From Stegostoma tigrinum (taxonomy: Eukaryota), in the NCBI RefSeq assembly GCF_030684315.1, contig NC_081355.1:84654924-84707203 (forward strand): DNA of 52,280 bases, given 5' to 3'. The position numbers and the translations under genes are program-made. Within the stretch, counting starts at the first letter, position 1. Each line of letters begins with the position of its first letter. Shown one piece after another: positions 37,101-44,552 of this stretch. A model generated the notes under the pieces. The model saw only the letters and a program-made list of their open reading frames with translations, ran no database searches and was not told the origin of the DNA.

Positions 37101-40100
37101 TTTCTTTTTAAATCAATATGCTACGATTTAAACCATGTATTTTTATTAAACTAATTGTATAGGAAAACCAACAACTAAATATGCTTCAAAAATAGAAAGT
37201 GCTGTGGAAACTTAGCAGGTCTGACAGCATCTGTGGACAGAGTTTAACATTTTGAATCCGGGGACCCTTCTTCAGAAATAGACTCGAAACGTTAACTCTG
37301 CTTTCTCTCCACAGTTACTGCCAGATGTGCTGAGTCTCTCCAGCTGTTTCCGTTTCTGTTTCAGACTTCCTGCATCCGGAGTTCTTTGTTTTAATTTAAC
37401 TAAATATGTCTTCTTATTGCACATGGAAGTTGGGAGATAGACTAAATGTTTAGTGTCAATTGTGCCATTTATATTAAAAATGATTGAGAACTGAGACTGG
37501 TCTGGCAGCGAATAGATTAGATCTGTTTTCGTGAATAACTTACATCGCCAGGTAGGCCTGGTGGTCCGGGAAGGCCTGGAGTGCCTGGTAGTCCATCTTT
37601 GCCATCTGGTCCTGGGGGTCCCTATAATAGAAAGAGTACAAACTGTGATTACACGCTTTCAGCATAGTTTATTAACAGTAGGATTTAACTGATATAGTAT
37701 GTAGCATCATTTAACCATCCATATTAATACGAATTTAAACTATTATAAACTCAATCAATTCCAATTTTATAAATTGAAAGCAAAACTAGACATTAGTCAT
37801 ATCATATGGCAGCAGCAGTTTTTTTTCCATAACAGGTTAAATTGAAACTTTTAATCTTAAAAAAAAAACTATTTGACATAAGCATAACCAATTCAAGAAT
37901 AAATACCCTGTCTCCAGGTGTGCCTCGATTTCCAGGGGGTCCTTGTGGTCCCTAAAATGAATATTTGAATCACATTAGGTTTACAAAGCTGTAAAGCCAC
38001 TCAAAATATTTCAGTTTAAATAATGTTTAAAAATGATTGGATGATTTATACATTACATTTCTGCTGGACTGATAAGACCCATTTATAGATATATTTAACA
38101 CGTCAGATGAAAAGAAGACCTTTGAGCGTCTTAAAACACTTTACAGTCACTGAAATACTATTGCAATATACCAGTGTCCTGTAGGGAATCGGGACAGCTA
38201 CTTTAGCAAACTCTCATAAGCAACAATGAGACAAATGATGAGGGATTCTACTTTTGGTTATATTAATTGAGGGATATATGTTGGCTGAGATGTGGAGAAT
38301 TGTTTTGATTGTTCTTTGGCTTGAGCCATGGAATCTCTTATTAATCTGGGCAGGCTGGTGGTGCTAGGTTTAAAATTATTCAAAAGACAGCACCTCTGAC
38401 AATCCAGCAGTCCTTCAGTACTGCCTCTGAAGTGTTAGCCTAGATCATGTGGACAAGCCTCTAGGGTGGAGCATGTGCGTTCAACATTCTGCTATCACAG
38501 AACCAGGGCTGACACACACCTAAGAAGCCTGTGAGTTAGTAAAAAGAGTAAAAAGGATGTTCCAAAAGACTTGGATTAAAGGAATTGGCATAAATACTTT
38601 AAAATCAAGGATGAATGATAAAATGGAACAATATAGACACTATAAATGTTGGGTTTTGCAAGGCATTTACAGGCCTTGCGAGTTTTATTATTCTAAATAA
38701 ACATCACTTCAAACTGCCCTTTTCAACTTTGCTTATTGTCACGCGCAGCCAATATATGAAGGTACTATGACAAAGTGACAAAATGAAAAGCTGCCTAATT
38801 AAAAAGCTAAGCAGACAGGATAAATGTGAGAATGTTGTACATTTGCTTCATCATACACAACAGCCAAATGTACATTCTCACATTTATCCTGTCTGCTTAG
38901 CTTTTTAATTAGGCAGCTGCTTCATACTGGAGCTCACATACTGGCCAAAATACATGAACAAGAAAGGCCTGGTGGCCTGGTGGTTAGCCCTACTGCCCCA
39001 CAGCACCGGGGACCTGGGTTTGATTCCACCCTTGGGCCACTGTCTGTGTGGAGTTTGCACTTTCTCCCTGTGCCTGTGCGGGTTTCCTCCCACAGTCCAA
39101 AGATGTGCGGGTTAGGTGAATTGGCCGCACTAAATTGCCTATAGTGTTCATGGATGTGTACATATTTGGTGGGTTATAGGGAGATGGGTCTGGGTGGGAT
39201 GGTCTGAGGGTCAGTGTGGACTTGTTGGGCTGAAGGGCCTGTTTCCAAACTGTAGGGATTCAATACCAGCTTGGCTGGGTCCATCACCTAAGTTCTGCTT
39301 CAGAACCTTTTTTGGATCATTTTGGTTACCTTTCTCAGGGATCAGCCAAGCTGTTTAATACGGCTTTAATTTTAAACAAGGAGAATTACTTCATAAATGT
39401 TGGAAAGCAAAGCAACATCATCCAATTGATCTGCAGCACCTTTAAAACATTCTTGGAAATACCAGTGCACTCAACATTATAAAAGTATGTATGATAGAGA
39501 GAGAGGTTCTACAGGATAGGTGAGCCACAGAAATCATTGACAAAAACATTTAAAATCACACCTTTTGTGTTCTTGATCACTGAACAAAAATCCAGTGTTG
39601 CTGATGCCATGGGTCAGCTTTCAAAACACGGTTGATCATTAACTGCCCCTGAAATGGTCTATCAAACCACTCTATTCAAGAAGGTGGTTCATCACCAGCA
39701 TCTTAAGGACAAGTTAGGGATGTGCATTAATTGCTGGTCTTACTGACAAAGCCCACTCCTTATCAATTAATACAAAAATAGCTAACAGGTAGGAACCGGA
39801 AGTAGAAGGTAAGGGGCAAGGCAAGTATGTTGCATGTATGTCTCACTTGTTGCAATCCTCAAATGTAAACTGAGCCTGAAATTTTTTTGTGATCTAATTT
39901 TTCTGTTACCTCTTCATTTTTATCAAGCTAGTGGATGCAATACAGACAAAGGATGTTAAAACCAATGGTATATTGTATTATGTATGCCCCATTTGTAGAT
40001 TGATGTGACAGAGACAGCATTAGTTACGGAAAACATCATGATCAAGGTAATAATCATGGCCCATGGATTGTGCCTTCATCATGCATTAATGTAGTAATTT

Positions 40101-43100
40101 TCAGTAGAAAACAAAATGTTTTTTATTGTGTCTTGAAGGCTTTGTTCAGCAATTTGTGGAAATACCGCATACCAGAGAGTGCATTGTCACACAAAGAAAA
40201 ATAATCCAATTACACATACCATTAATTCATCCTGATAGGCCTACAATAAGCAAGGAAAAAAAACAAATTAGTCAGTTATCTCCTTTTGACAAAACCAAAA
40301 TACCATGGAATTTCTTCGAATAAAGCGTGTTTGTCAATACTCACTTCACTTTCAAATGCATCTGCAGAGAAAGAGCAGAAAAGAAGATATTAGTTATGTA
40401 TCTACCATCTACGTAACTGTGATCATACAACAATACTTCATATGTAAAGCATTTTTGTTTAAACCTCGCCTGATTAATTCAATAGTATGGATAAGTAGGC
40501 AATGTATACTTCTGTTAAAAGTAACGGTATGTTTTGATGTTACTATTTCTAGTGAAACTATAAAGGTACGCTGCACTTGATGTGTGACTTTACCAAGACA
40601 AACTGAATAAAATCTTCTCCAATGTCTGAAATACCATCTAATGGATGTGAATTTGCTCGCTGAGCTGGAAGGTTAGTTTTCAGATGTTTCGTCACCATTC
40701 TAGGTAACATCATCAGTGAGCCTCTGACGAAGCCATCTAATGTTTTTTCACAATATATTATAAGACAACGACTTAAATTCTGCAAGTAATAATTTCTTTC
40801 TTATATTGGTCATGAAATTTATCATCTTAAATGCTCATCAATACTCCATAGCAGTCTTGTCTTTGCATTGTAATTTGGACAATAACAGTAATGACAACAG
40901 CTAGAGTGTTATTATTATGCATGTTCAAAGGCCCTTCGCAGGGGCTTACAAAGTAAAGTACGTCAAAAGTAAATGTAATCATTTGTAATTGGTGGAGTTC
41001 ATAATTCTTAGCATTATAACAAGAACTACAGAATCAAAATTTAAAAGAAATTCTGCATTTTTGTGCATTTTGCATTCATAGATAAATGAAACATCCTAAT
41101 TTCAGGTACACAGCATCAAATTCTCACAGATCAGATGCGTCATAACTGAAAGTTCAATGACAATTTGGTTGAACCCAATGCCCACAGTCAGAAGTTCATC
41201 CTGCAAGTTTTGCTTGAGGCTTTGAGAAGAAAGGCTGCCATTTGTTGACGAAACAGGAGAATTGTGCTCTTGAATTTGGTAACTAGTTTGCTAGACAGTC
41301 CAAATTCAGTTTATATAGATTTCTTACTGCTTATTAAGTTAAAGAAAAGAGCTGTTATCCTATCATGCTATGTTCGACTTCACTCTTGGTTCCAAAGAAT
41401 AAAAGTACAACATCTAATGCCACTACATTGCCCAATGTAATATGAAAAAGTAATTGAAAAGGAGTGGACATCTAGTGATAGTTCTTTTTGTGGTTTTATG
41501 AATATATGATGCTAAACCAAATGTAACAGTAAATACAATGTCTTGTTTATCCTTCATGCTAACTTTTTTTTCTGTTTGTTCTTAATTAGTTATTATTGCA
41601 GGATCCACACCGCTTCTGGATAGAAATAAGCTGTGAATTAAAAGAGCAATCTACCTTCAGGCAATGGGGATTGAAGGAGATATCCATTGTTGTCACTAAG
41701 GCCTATTTGCACCAAATTTGCAGAGTTTGTTTTGCAATTTATTTAAGTGAATTTTGTGACCTGATTCTATTATCTATTAGCAATTAAATATATGGTGTAC
41801 ATTAGTCTTGGCCTGAAAGTAAATAGTATAAATAAAGGACAATTTGATAAATACTCTCCATTTTTAAAAACTGTCATAAAGTTTCTTTGCTTTCTGGAAA
41901 CCCAATGATATTCTCAAAAGAAGCCCCGGTACAAGTTTTAAAAGTTCTTTCAAATGCTAATTTCAGTGAAGCAAACATTTTATATCACTCAGTGTGCATT
42001 AATTAGCAAATATTTATAATTTATTATTTATATTTAAATTAATGTCTTAATCATTGATTACCGTTTTAATTGCTGTGTATTTAGATCAGCACAAATGATT
42101 TATAGTAAATATACATTAGAAACAATGTAGATAAGATCAGATTTTACTTTGGAGTCCAGTTATATATTAACATTAATAGTCCAGTGAATCTGATGGAAAC
42201 TGCAGCAAAGCTGAGCTTGTGATCTGGAGTGCCAGCTGAGGCTAATGCTGTTAGGATCAGGTTTGACATTCAGGTGATATTTCCTCCCCCTATGGCTGTG
42301 GGAAGCACCTGCCCACTGTCCAATGTAATCACACAAGACGGGCCAACAAGGTTGAGGTTTCAACACCTTGCTCCTAATTTCCTGCACTTTGATTCACCCT
42401 GCACCGCTACAGAGATCTGTCTTGACAGGAAAATTTTGGCAAGCGGCCACAAGTCATGTGTACATCCTGATGCTTCCAACGTACTGAAACCATGTCATTC
42501 ACTAGGGCTTAATAGCATCAGGTTGTTTGGCATTTTACTGTGTATATTTGCCAGGTTGTTGGTGGCAATGATATTTGAGTATGAAACTCCACAGGCAGTG
42601 CCAGATATATCCAATTTAAGATTAAAGTATTTCCGTCATGCTGGTATAATGCTAGTCATATCACATTCAGATAGAAATAACTTGATTAATAACTTGCCCT
42701 TACGTGAGTACTGTGCAATTTGAGAATATTCTACAAATTACAGATAGGTTTTGCACTTTCAGTAGATGCGAGCTAATAGTCGCTTTCGTAAGGTGATAAT
42801 TTGCATTGTGCAAAACAATCCAGCCACGTACACAACTGACAGTTATTATTGTGGCCGCACAAATAGATGGACCAAAATATGAGAACAGCCGTGTAAGAAA
42901 TTCTCCAAGCAAAATAAAATGAAAAAGAATATCCTGTGAAAATACCGAAGATCAAATTAATCGTGTCATTTGTAATAAAGATCAAATATGTGTAATATTG
43001 CATCTATGTCCTCGCTACTGATTCCCAGTTTGTGGAATGAAAATGCTCTCTCCGACCCCAGATTTTCGGTAAAAAAAACATCGGCCCCTACTTCGAATTG

Positions 43101-44552
43101 CAGGTAGGGGGCCCCAAAGTTTCAGGGTTGGATTCAGATTTCTCAATTGCCGTGGCTATGTCCGTGTCGCTGGGCCAGTGCGTCTGGTCGCCAGTCTCAG
43201 GTGTGTCGTGTGAAACATGTCCGAGTAGGATGGTTAAAGCAGTATCAGAGACAATGGGAACTGCAGATAGGGAGTGGTGTGACCGTACTTAATTTGGACA
43301 TGTACGTTTATAAGCATATATAATTAAACATTGTTACACTGTCGGTGATATAAAAAGACACAATCTGTTACGTAAACTAAACGATCTGAAAATATATTTT
43401 GTTATTAACGAGAAAACTGTCATCACGCGGGTTCTGGATCTAAATACTTTAGGGAATTATGTTTGGGACCACTGAGATTCTGCAGATATATCCTCACTGC
43501 CGCCAACGATCAGACCTGCTGAGCTCTCACACATTGCCAGAACTCGCCTCCTCGACAAGACCACGCCCTCTTTGGGTCCAGATAAATCCCATTTGAAACT
43601 TAAGATATTTCATAAAGCGCCCTGAATTCAAGTGGGCAGATGCTAAACGGTGTTAGGTTTCCTCCAAACAGCAATGTCACTACGTGAGATGAGCAGATTG
43701 GAAGCATCCTCACGAACGAAATGTTAGCTTATTTGAGAAATTAGAACTTAAACGCCCATTCTCCAAAGAAATTATAACATTTCCTTAAAAGACGTGTTCT
43801 CAGATGCAGTAAAGGGTTCTCAATAGTCGCCAGAACAATGAAGCGAAGCGCCGAATTCAAGTGGAAGGGTGACCGCAAGGTGGCGGTATGGCGATATGCT
43901 CGCTGCCTCTGTACCCAGCCCCGCATTGTCATGGAAAAGATGACTTTCATCGACCAACATGAAGTGATCCCCTCCCAGACCAGATACTTTCTCATTTATT
44001 GTTCTTTTTTTCTTTCTGAAAGTTGACCACAGACTCCTGTGTCATCTGGCCTCGGTGACACCGAATAGCTTTAAACTGACGCCCAAAGATCCAATGGAAC
44101 ATACTAAATACACCCCGGTTAGTTTTCCTTAAAAGTTCAACGCTTGTGCGACCACACCTTTAAGTATTTCAATAAGTATTAATTTTAAGCAAATAACTAC
44201 GTATATATTTTACGAAATAAGAAGGTGCGATAGACGATTCCTTTGCTATGGTATTAACTTACTGGTCTCAGAAAGATTGTTCATTGCAAACTACCGGATT
44301 TATATAGGGTCACAATGATTTTAAACTTTATTTTTCTTGTTTCACTGCTATACTTTTTGATAAGTTGGAACGTAGGGTTTCTGAAAGAATCTGGCATGCC
44401 TTATCTTACTGGGCTGCAGCTTCGAAACAAACATATACATTATATTGTCAGATTTAAAAGGGGCACTTACATTCGTCTTCATATTGGCCTCTTGCAACGA
44501 ACGTCGTTACTGCAAGCAGCAACAAAATCCGTGTATCCACAAAGCTGAGCAT
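1075..44552 (-). CDS. COL1A2: Collagen type I alpha 2 chain gene, exons 1-45 (multi-exon; 3' end outside window)
   Basis: N-terminus [16 protein letters not shown] (COL1A2 signature); collagen 5' stem-loop; no vWC exon; micro-exons 2 and 3; FAAQY N-proteinase site; separate exons 33 and 34; helical exon sizes match human COL1A2; K87 and G775 fall at the expected helix numbers when only one exon 24 is counted. Confidence 0.97.
1242..1349 (-). CDS. COL1A2: COL1A2 exon 44 (108 nt) [10 protein letters not shown]…GNRGEA
   Basis: cag/…/gtaagt, Gly-X-Y. Confidence 0.95.
1452..1505 (-). CDS. COL1A2: COL1A2 exon 43 (54 nt) [18 protein letters not shown]
   Basis: taag/…/gtatgt, Gly-X-Y. Confidence 0.95.
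1627..1734 (-). CDS. COL1A2: COL1A2 exon 42 (108 nt) [15 protein letters not shown]…GENGRD
   Basis: tag/…/gtaagt, Gly-X-Y. Confidence 0.95.
2979..3086 (-). CDS. COL1A2: COL1A2 exon 41 (108 nt) [36 protein letters not shown]; collagenase site
   Basis: cag/…/gtaagt; G775 in GPQG-FL. Confidence 0.95.
3204..3365 (-). CDS. COL1A2: COL1A2 exon 40 (162 nt) GPQGPQGPA…GESGPA
   Basis: tag/…/gtaagt; the diagnostic 162-nt exon. Confidence 0.95.
3650..3885. mobile_element. Old Penelope-derived palindromic element
   Basis: Degenerate match to the fold-back family at 23220, 28236 and 37188 (…ctgatactgcccacctgctgag…tttcaga…). Confidence 0.45.
4449..4502 (-). CDS. COL1A2: COL1A2 exon 39 (54 nt) [18 protein letters not shown]
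   Basis: tag/…/gtaagt; GMTGF as in alpha2(I). Confidence 0.95.
5008..5061 (-). CDS. COL1A2: COL1A2 exon 38 (54 nt) [18 protein letters not shown]
   Basis: tag/…/gtaagt. Confidence 0.95.
6699..6806 (-). CDS. COL1A2: COL1A2 exon 37 (108 nt) [12 protein letters not shown]…GAAGPP
   Basis: tag/…/gtaagt. Confidence 0.95.
6904..6957 (-). CDS. COL1A2: COL1A2 exon 36 (54 nt) [18 protein letters not shown]
   Basis: tag/…/gtgagt. Confidence 0.95.
7170..7223 (-). CDS. COL1A2: COL1A2 exon 35 (54 nt) [18 protein letters not shown]
   Basis: cag/…/gtaagt. Confidence 0.95.
7409..7462 (-). CDS. COL1A2: COL1A2 exon 34 (54 nt) [18 protein letters not shown]
   Basis: tag/…/gtaagt. Confidence 0.95.
7593..7646 (-). 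CDS. COL1A2: COL1A2 exon 33 (54 nt) [18 protein letters not shown]
   Basis: tag/…/gtaagt. Confidence 0.95.
8103..8210 (-). CDS. COL1A2: COL1A2 exon 32 (108 nt) GEVGVTGLP…[18 protein letters not shown]
   Basis: tag/…/gtaatt. Confidence 0.95.
8945..9160 (+). mobile_element. tRNA-derived SINE (family unassigned)
   Basis: B-box-like GGTTCAAATC near 9007 within a ~210-nt GC-richer unit. Confidence 0.5.
10158..10256 (-). CDS. COL1A2: COL1A2 exon 31 (99 nt) [12 protein letters not shown]…GPDGGK
   Basis: tag/…/gtaggg. Confidence 0.95.
10348..10392 (-). CDS. COL1A2: COL1A2 exon 30 (45 nt) [15 protein letters not shown]
   Basis: cag/…/gtaagt. Confidence 0.95.
11180..12655 (-). mobile_element. Decayed CR1 LINE ORF2 3' part, with a short opposite-strand CR1 piece at ~11250-11380
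   Basis: Minus strand ~11780-11890 translates [33 protein letters not shown] (CR1 RT C-terminal motif); the same motif occurs on + at ~11270-11370. Confidence 0.85.
12757..12810 (-). CDS. COL1A2: COL1A2 exon 29 (54 nt) [18 protein letters not shown]
   Basis: tag/…/gtaaga. Confidence 0.95.
13490..13830 (-). mobile_element. tRNA-derived SINE, same family as 34185-34530
   Basis: Reverse complement of cagcaatgtggttgactcttaa core and of the tail. Confidence 0.65.
14265..14318 (-). CDS. COL1A2: COL1A2 exon 28 (54 nt) [18 protein letters not shown]
   Basis: tag/…/gtgtgt. Confidence 0.95.
14839..14892 (-). CDS. COL1A2: COL1A2 exon 27 (54 nt) [18 protein letters not shown]
   Basis: cag/…/gtaagt. 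Confidence 0.95.
16440..17011. mobile_element. Possible old MITE-like DNA element
   Basis: GC-richer block bounded by imperfect terminal inverted repeats gttgaattttcc…ggaaaatccagc (10/12). Confidence 0.35.
17071..17124 (-). CDS. COL1A2: COL1A2 exon 26 (54 nt) [18 protein letters not shown]
   Basis: caag/…/gtacgt. Confidence 0.95.
17825..17923 (-). CDS. COL1A2: COL1A2 exon 25 (99 nt) [33 protein letters not shown]
   Basis: tag/…/gtaagt. Confidence 0.95.
19180..19233 (-). CDS. COL1A2: COL1A2 exon 24b (54 nt) [18 protein letters not shown], candidate mutually exclusive exon
   Basis: tttttcag/…/gtaagt; six intact Gly-X-Y; the closer copy to canonical exon 24 (GLPGSPGNIGPAGKEGPV). Confidence 0.9.
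19273..19326 (-). CDS. COL1A2: COL1A2 exon 24a (54 nt) [18 protein letters not shown], candidate mutually exclusive exon
   Basis: atag/…/gtaagt; six intact Gly-X-Y; 39 nt from exon 24b. Confidence 0.88.
19890..19988 (-). CDS. COL1A2: COL1A2 exon 23 (99 nt) GLPGARGET…[12 protein letters not shown]
   Basis: tag/…/gtaagt. Confidence 0.95.
20147..20200 (-). CDS. COL1A2: COL1A2 exon 22 (54 nt) [18 protein letters not shown]
   Basis: cag/…/gtaaac. Confidence 0.95.
20737..20844 (-). CDS. COL1A2: COL1A2 exon 21 (108 nt) [18 protein letters not shown]…GPSGER
   Basis: cag/…/gtacaa. Confidence 0.95.
20950..21003 (-). CDS. COL1A2: COL1A2 exon 20 (54 nt) [18 protein letters not shown]
   Basis: cag/…/gtgagt. 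Confidence 0.95.
21128..21226 (-). CDS. COL1A2: COL1A2 exon 19 (99 nt) [15 protein letters not shown]…GARGVP
   Basis: tag/…/gtaagt. Confidence 0.95.
21332..21376 (-). CDS. COL1A2: COL1A2 exon 18 (45 nt) [15 protein letters not shown]
   Basis: cag/…/gtaagt. Confidence 0.95.
21482..21580 (-). CDS. COL1A2: COL1A2 exon 17 (99 nt) GEVGPVGAR…GPMGLP
   Basis: tag/…/gtaagt. Confidence 0.95.
22820..22873 (-). CDS. COL1A2: COL1A2 exon 16 (54 nt) [18 protein letters not shown]
   Basis: tag/…/gtaatg. Confidence 0.95.
23218..23437. mobile_element. Penelope-derived palindromic element with two decayed divergent hammerhead-like cores
   Basis: Arms aaaaacagaagttg…/…caacttctgttttt; centre …gacccttcctcag aactt CTGAAGAaaggtcacaggacctGGAAcatt. 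Confidence 0.75.
23438..24761. repeat. 75-bp inverted repeat pair (23438-23512 / 24687-24761), 74/75 identical
   Basis: Direct comparison of the two arms. Confidence 0.95.
23930..24530 (+). pseudogene. Decayed Myb/SANT-like (trihelix) gene of a PIF/Harbinger transposon
   Basis: Translates [17 protein letters not shown]…[27 protein letters not shown], then DKLMDN*RQQEL…PMEE; stops and frameshifts; element probably extends to ~25650. Confidence 0.65.
25680..26095 (+). mobile_element. CR1 LINE 3' fragment
   Basis: …[12 protein letters not shown]… start and CR1 3' motifs (tggaactctcttcc, atttttaaggtagaggtag). Confidence 0.75.
26408..26452 (-). CDS. COL1A2: COL1A2 exon 15 (45 nt) [15 protein letters not shown]
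   Basis: taag/…/gtaagt. Confidence 0.95.
26881..26934 (-). CDS. COL1A2: COL1A2 exon 14 (54 nt) [18 protein letters not shown]
   Basis: aaag/…/gtaagt. Confidence 0.95.
27077..27121 (-). CDS. COL1A2: COL1A2 exon 13 (45 nt) [15 protein letters not shown]
   Basis: cag/…/gtatgt. Confidence 0.95.
27685..28690 (+). mobile_element. Penelope-like element 3' fragment (GIY-YIG endonuclease relic) with inverted terminal piece
   Basis: ORF 27764-28069: CRRCKTCPF…[26 protein letters not shown], a PLE GIY-YIG signature. Confidence 0.88.
28236..28434. mobile_element. Young Penelope-derived fold-back element nested in the GIY-YIG relic
   Basis: 74-bp arms 28236-28309 / 28330-28403 (72/74), 20-nt loop, GAAACGTC hammerhead half-cores. 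Confidence 0.9.
29781..29834 (-). CDS. COL1A2: COL1A2 exon 12 (54 nt) [18 protein letters not shown]
   Basis: cag/…/gtaaga. Confidence 0.95.
29947..30000 (-). CDS. COL1A2: COL1A2 exon 11 (54 nt) [18 protein letters not shown] (helical cross-link Lys87)
   Basis: cag/…/gtgagt. Confidence 0.95.
30182..30235 (-). CDS. COL1A2: COL1A2 exon 10 (54 nt) [18 protein letters not shown]
   Basis: tag/…/gtaaga. Confidence 0.95.
32396..32449 (-). CDS. COL1A2: COL1A2 exon 9 (54 nt) [18 protein letters not shown]
   Basis: tag/…/gtaagt. Confidence 0.95.
32516..32717 (+). mobile_element. 5'-truncated HE1-type shark SINE (intron 8)
   Basis: gggtttcctccaggtgctccagtttc…ccacagtccaaagatgtgcagg…gtggacttgttgggctgaa…cctgtttccacactgtaggg. 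Confidence 0.88.
32751..32804 (-). CDS. COL1A2: COL1A2 exon 8 (54 nt) [18 protein letters not shown]
   Basis: cag/…/gtaagt. Confidence 0.95.
32957..33001 (-). CDS. COL1A2: COL1A2 exon 7 (45 nt) [15 protein letters not shown]
   Basis: cag/…/gtaagt. Confidence 0.95.
33490..33860 (-). mobile_element. Old Deu-domain SINE (SacSINE1/AmnSINE-like)
   Basis: Degenerate similarity to 38110-38520. Confidence 0.5.
34185..34530 (+). mobile_element. Full-length tRNA-derived SINE with LINE-shared tail
   Basis: A-box tggcctagtgg, B-box ggttcaaatcc, tail ggcaattagggatgggcaataaa…ggcctagccag. Confidence 0.85.
35085..35425 (-). mobile_element. tRNA-derived SINE, same family as 34185-34530
   Basis: Reverse complement of tail (catgggatgtgggcgtc) and core. 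Confidence 0.7.
35899..35949 (-). CDS. COL1A2: COL1A2 exon 6 (51 nt) [17 protein letters not shown]; N-proteinase site, N-telopeptide, first helix triplet
   Basis: tctcttttttctcctcag/…/gtatgc; FAAQY motif; phase 0-0. Confidence 0.93.
36188..36324. mobile_element. Penelope-derived fold-back element with central deletion and probable 13-bp TSD
   Basis: taacaaggtgtagagctggatgaacacagc / gctgtgttcatccagctctacaccttgtta; flanks ccttattaaccag (36175-36187) and ccttgttaaccag (36325-36337). Confidence 0.85.
36765..37045 (-). mobile_element. CR1 LINE 3' end fragment
   Basis: agaaataggatcaggaggaggccattc…ctgtggcagagaattccac…aaatttttcctcatctc, the reverse complement of a CR1 tail. Confidence 0.8.
37188..37392. 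mobile_element. Penelope-derived palindromic element
   Basis: cagcatctgtgg…gacccttcttcag…gactcgaaacgttaactctg…ctgccaga, same family as 23218. Confidence 0.75.
37544..37621 (-). CDS. COL1A2: COL1A2 exon 5 (78 nt) [26 protein letters not shown] (minor helix)
   Basis: tag/…/gtaagt. Confidence 0.95.
37907..37951 (-). CDS. COL1A2: COL1A2 exon 4 (45 nt) [15 protein letters not shown] (minor helix)
   Basis: tag/…/gtattt. Confidence 0.93.
38110..38520 (-). mobile_element. Deu-domain SINE (SacSINE1/AmnSINE-like)
   Basis: Minus strand cagtactgaaggactgctggattgtcagaggtgctgtctttt…aaacc…gattccatggc matches the Deu core as recalled. Confidence 0.7.
38789..38918. repeat. Perfect 47-bp inverted repeat (hairpin), intron 3
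   Basis: 38789-38835 is the exact reverse complement of 38872-38918. Confidence 0.95.
38966..39261 (+). mobile_element. HE1-type shark SINE, near full length with small internal deletion
   Basis: tRNA head (ggtggcctggtggttagc…gggtttgattcc), core ctgtctgtgtggagtttgcac, tail gtggacttgttgggctgaagggcctgtttcc. Confidence 0.9.
40220..40240 (-). CDS. COL1A2: COL1A2 exon 3 (21-nt micro-exon) AYQDELM
   Basis: ttttttttccttgcttattgtag/…/gtatgt; phase 0-0; 104 nt from exon 2. Confidence 0.8.
40345..40361 (-). CDS. COL1A2: COL1A2 exon 2 (17-nt micro-exon) (Y)AFESE
   Basis: ttctgctctttctctgcag/ATGCATTTGAAAGTGAA/gtgagt; converts the phase-1 end of exon 1 to phase 0, as the 11-nt human exon 2 does. Confidence 0.85.
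40634..40742 (-). mobile_element. 89-nt Penelope-type insert with hammerhead-ribozyme core and 10-bp TSD
   Basis: CCATCTAATG at 40634-40643 and 40733-40742; minus strand CTGATGA-t-gttacc-tagaat-ggtgac-GAAACATC. Confidence 0.8.
44471..44552 (-). CDS. COL1A2: COL1A2 exon 1 coding part (82 nt) [27 protein letters not shown], signal peptide
   Basis: ATG at 44552, donor gtaagt at 44470. Confidence 0.97.

Noticed and set aside
34185-39261. tRNA-like A/B boxes at ~34185 and ~38970 (also ~9000 and ~48770)
   Set aside because: They are SINE heads followed by SINE bodies and tails; no complete cloverleaf
42229-42723. Longest ORF in the track (164 aa, +) in intron 1
   Set aside because: Non-ATG start, no recognisable domain, appears to overlap degenerate repeat-like sequence
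1075-44552. Alternative identity as COL1A1, COL2A1 or COL3A1, given several alpha1-like helix motifs
   Set aside because: MLSFVDTR start, the COL1A2-type stem-loop, micro-exons in place of a vWC exon, FAAQY, GMTGF and GPQGxLGAPG all indicate COL1A2
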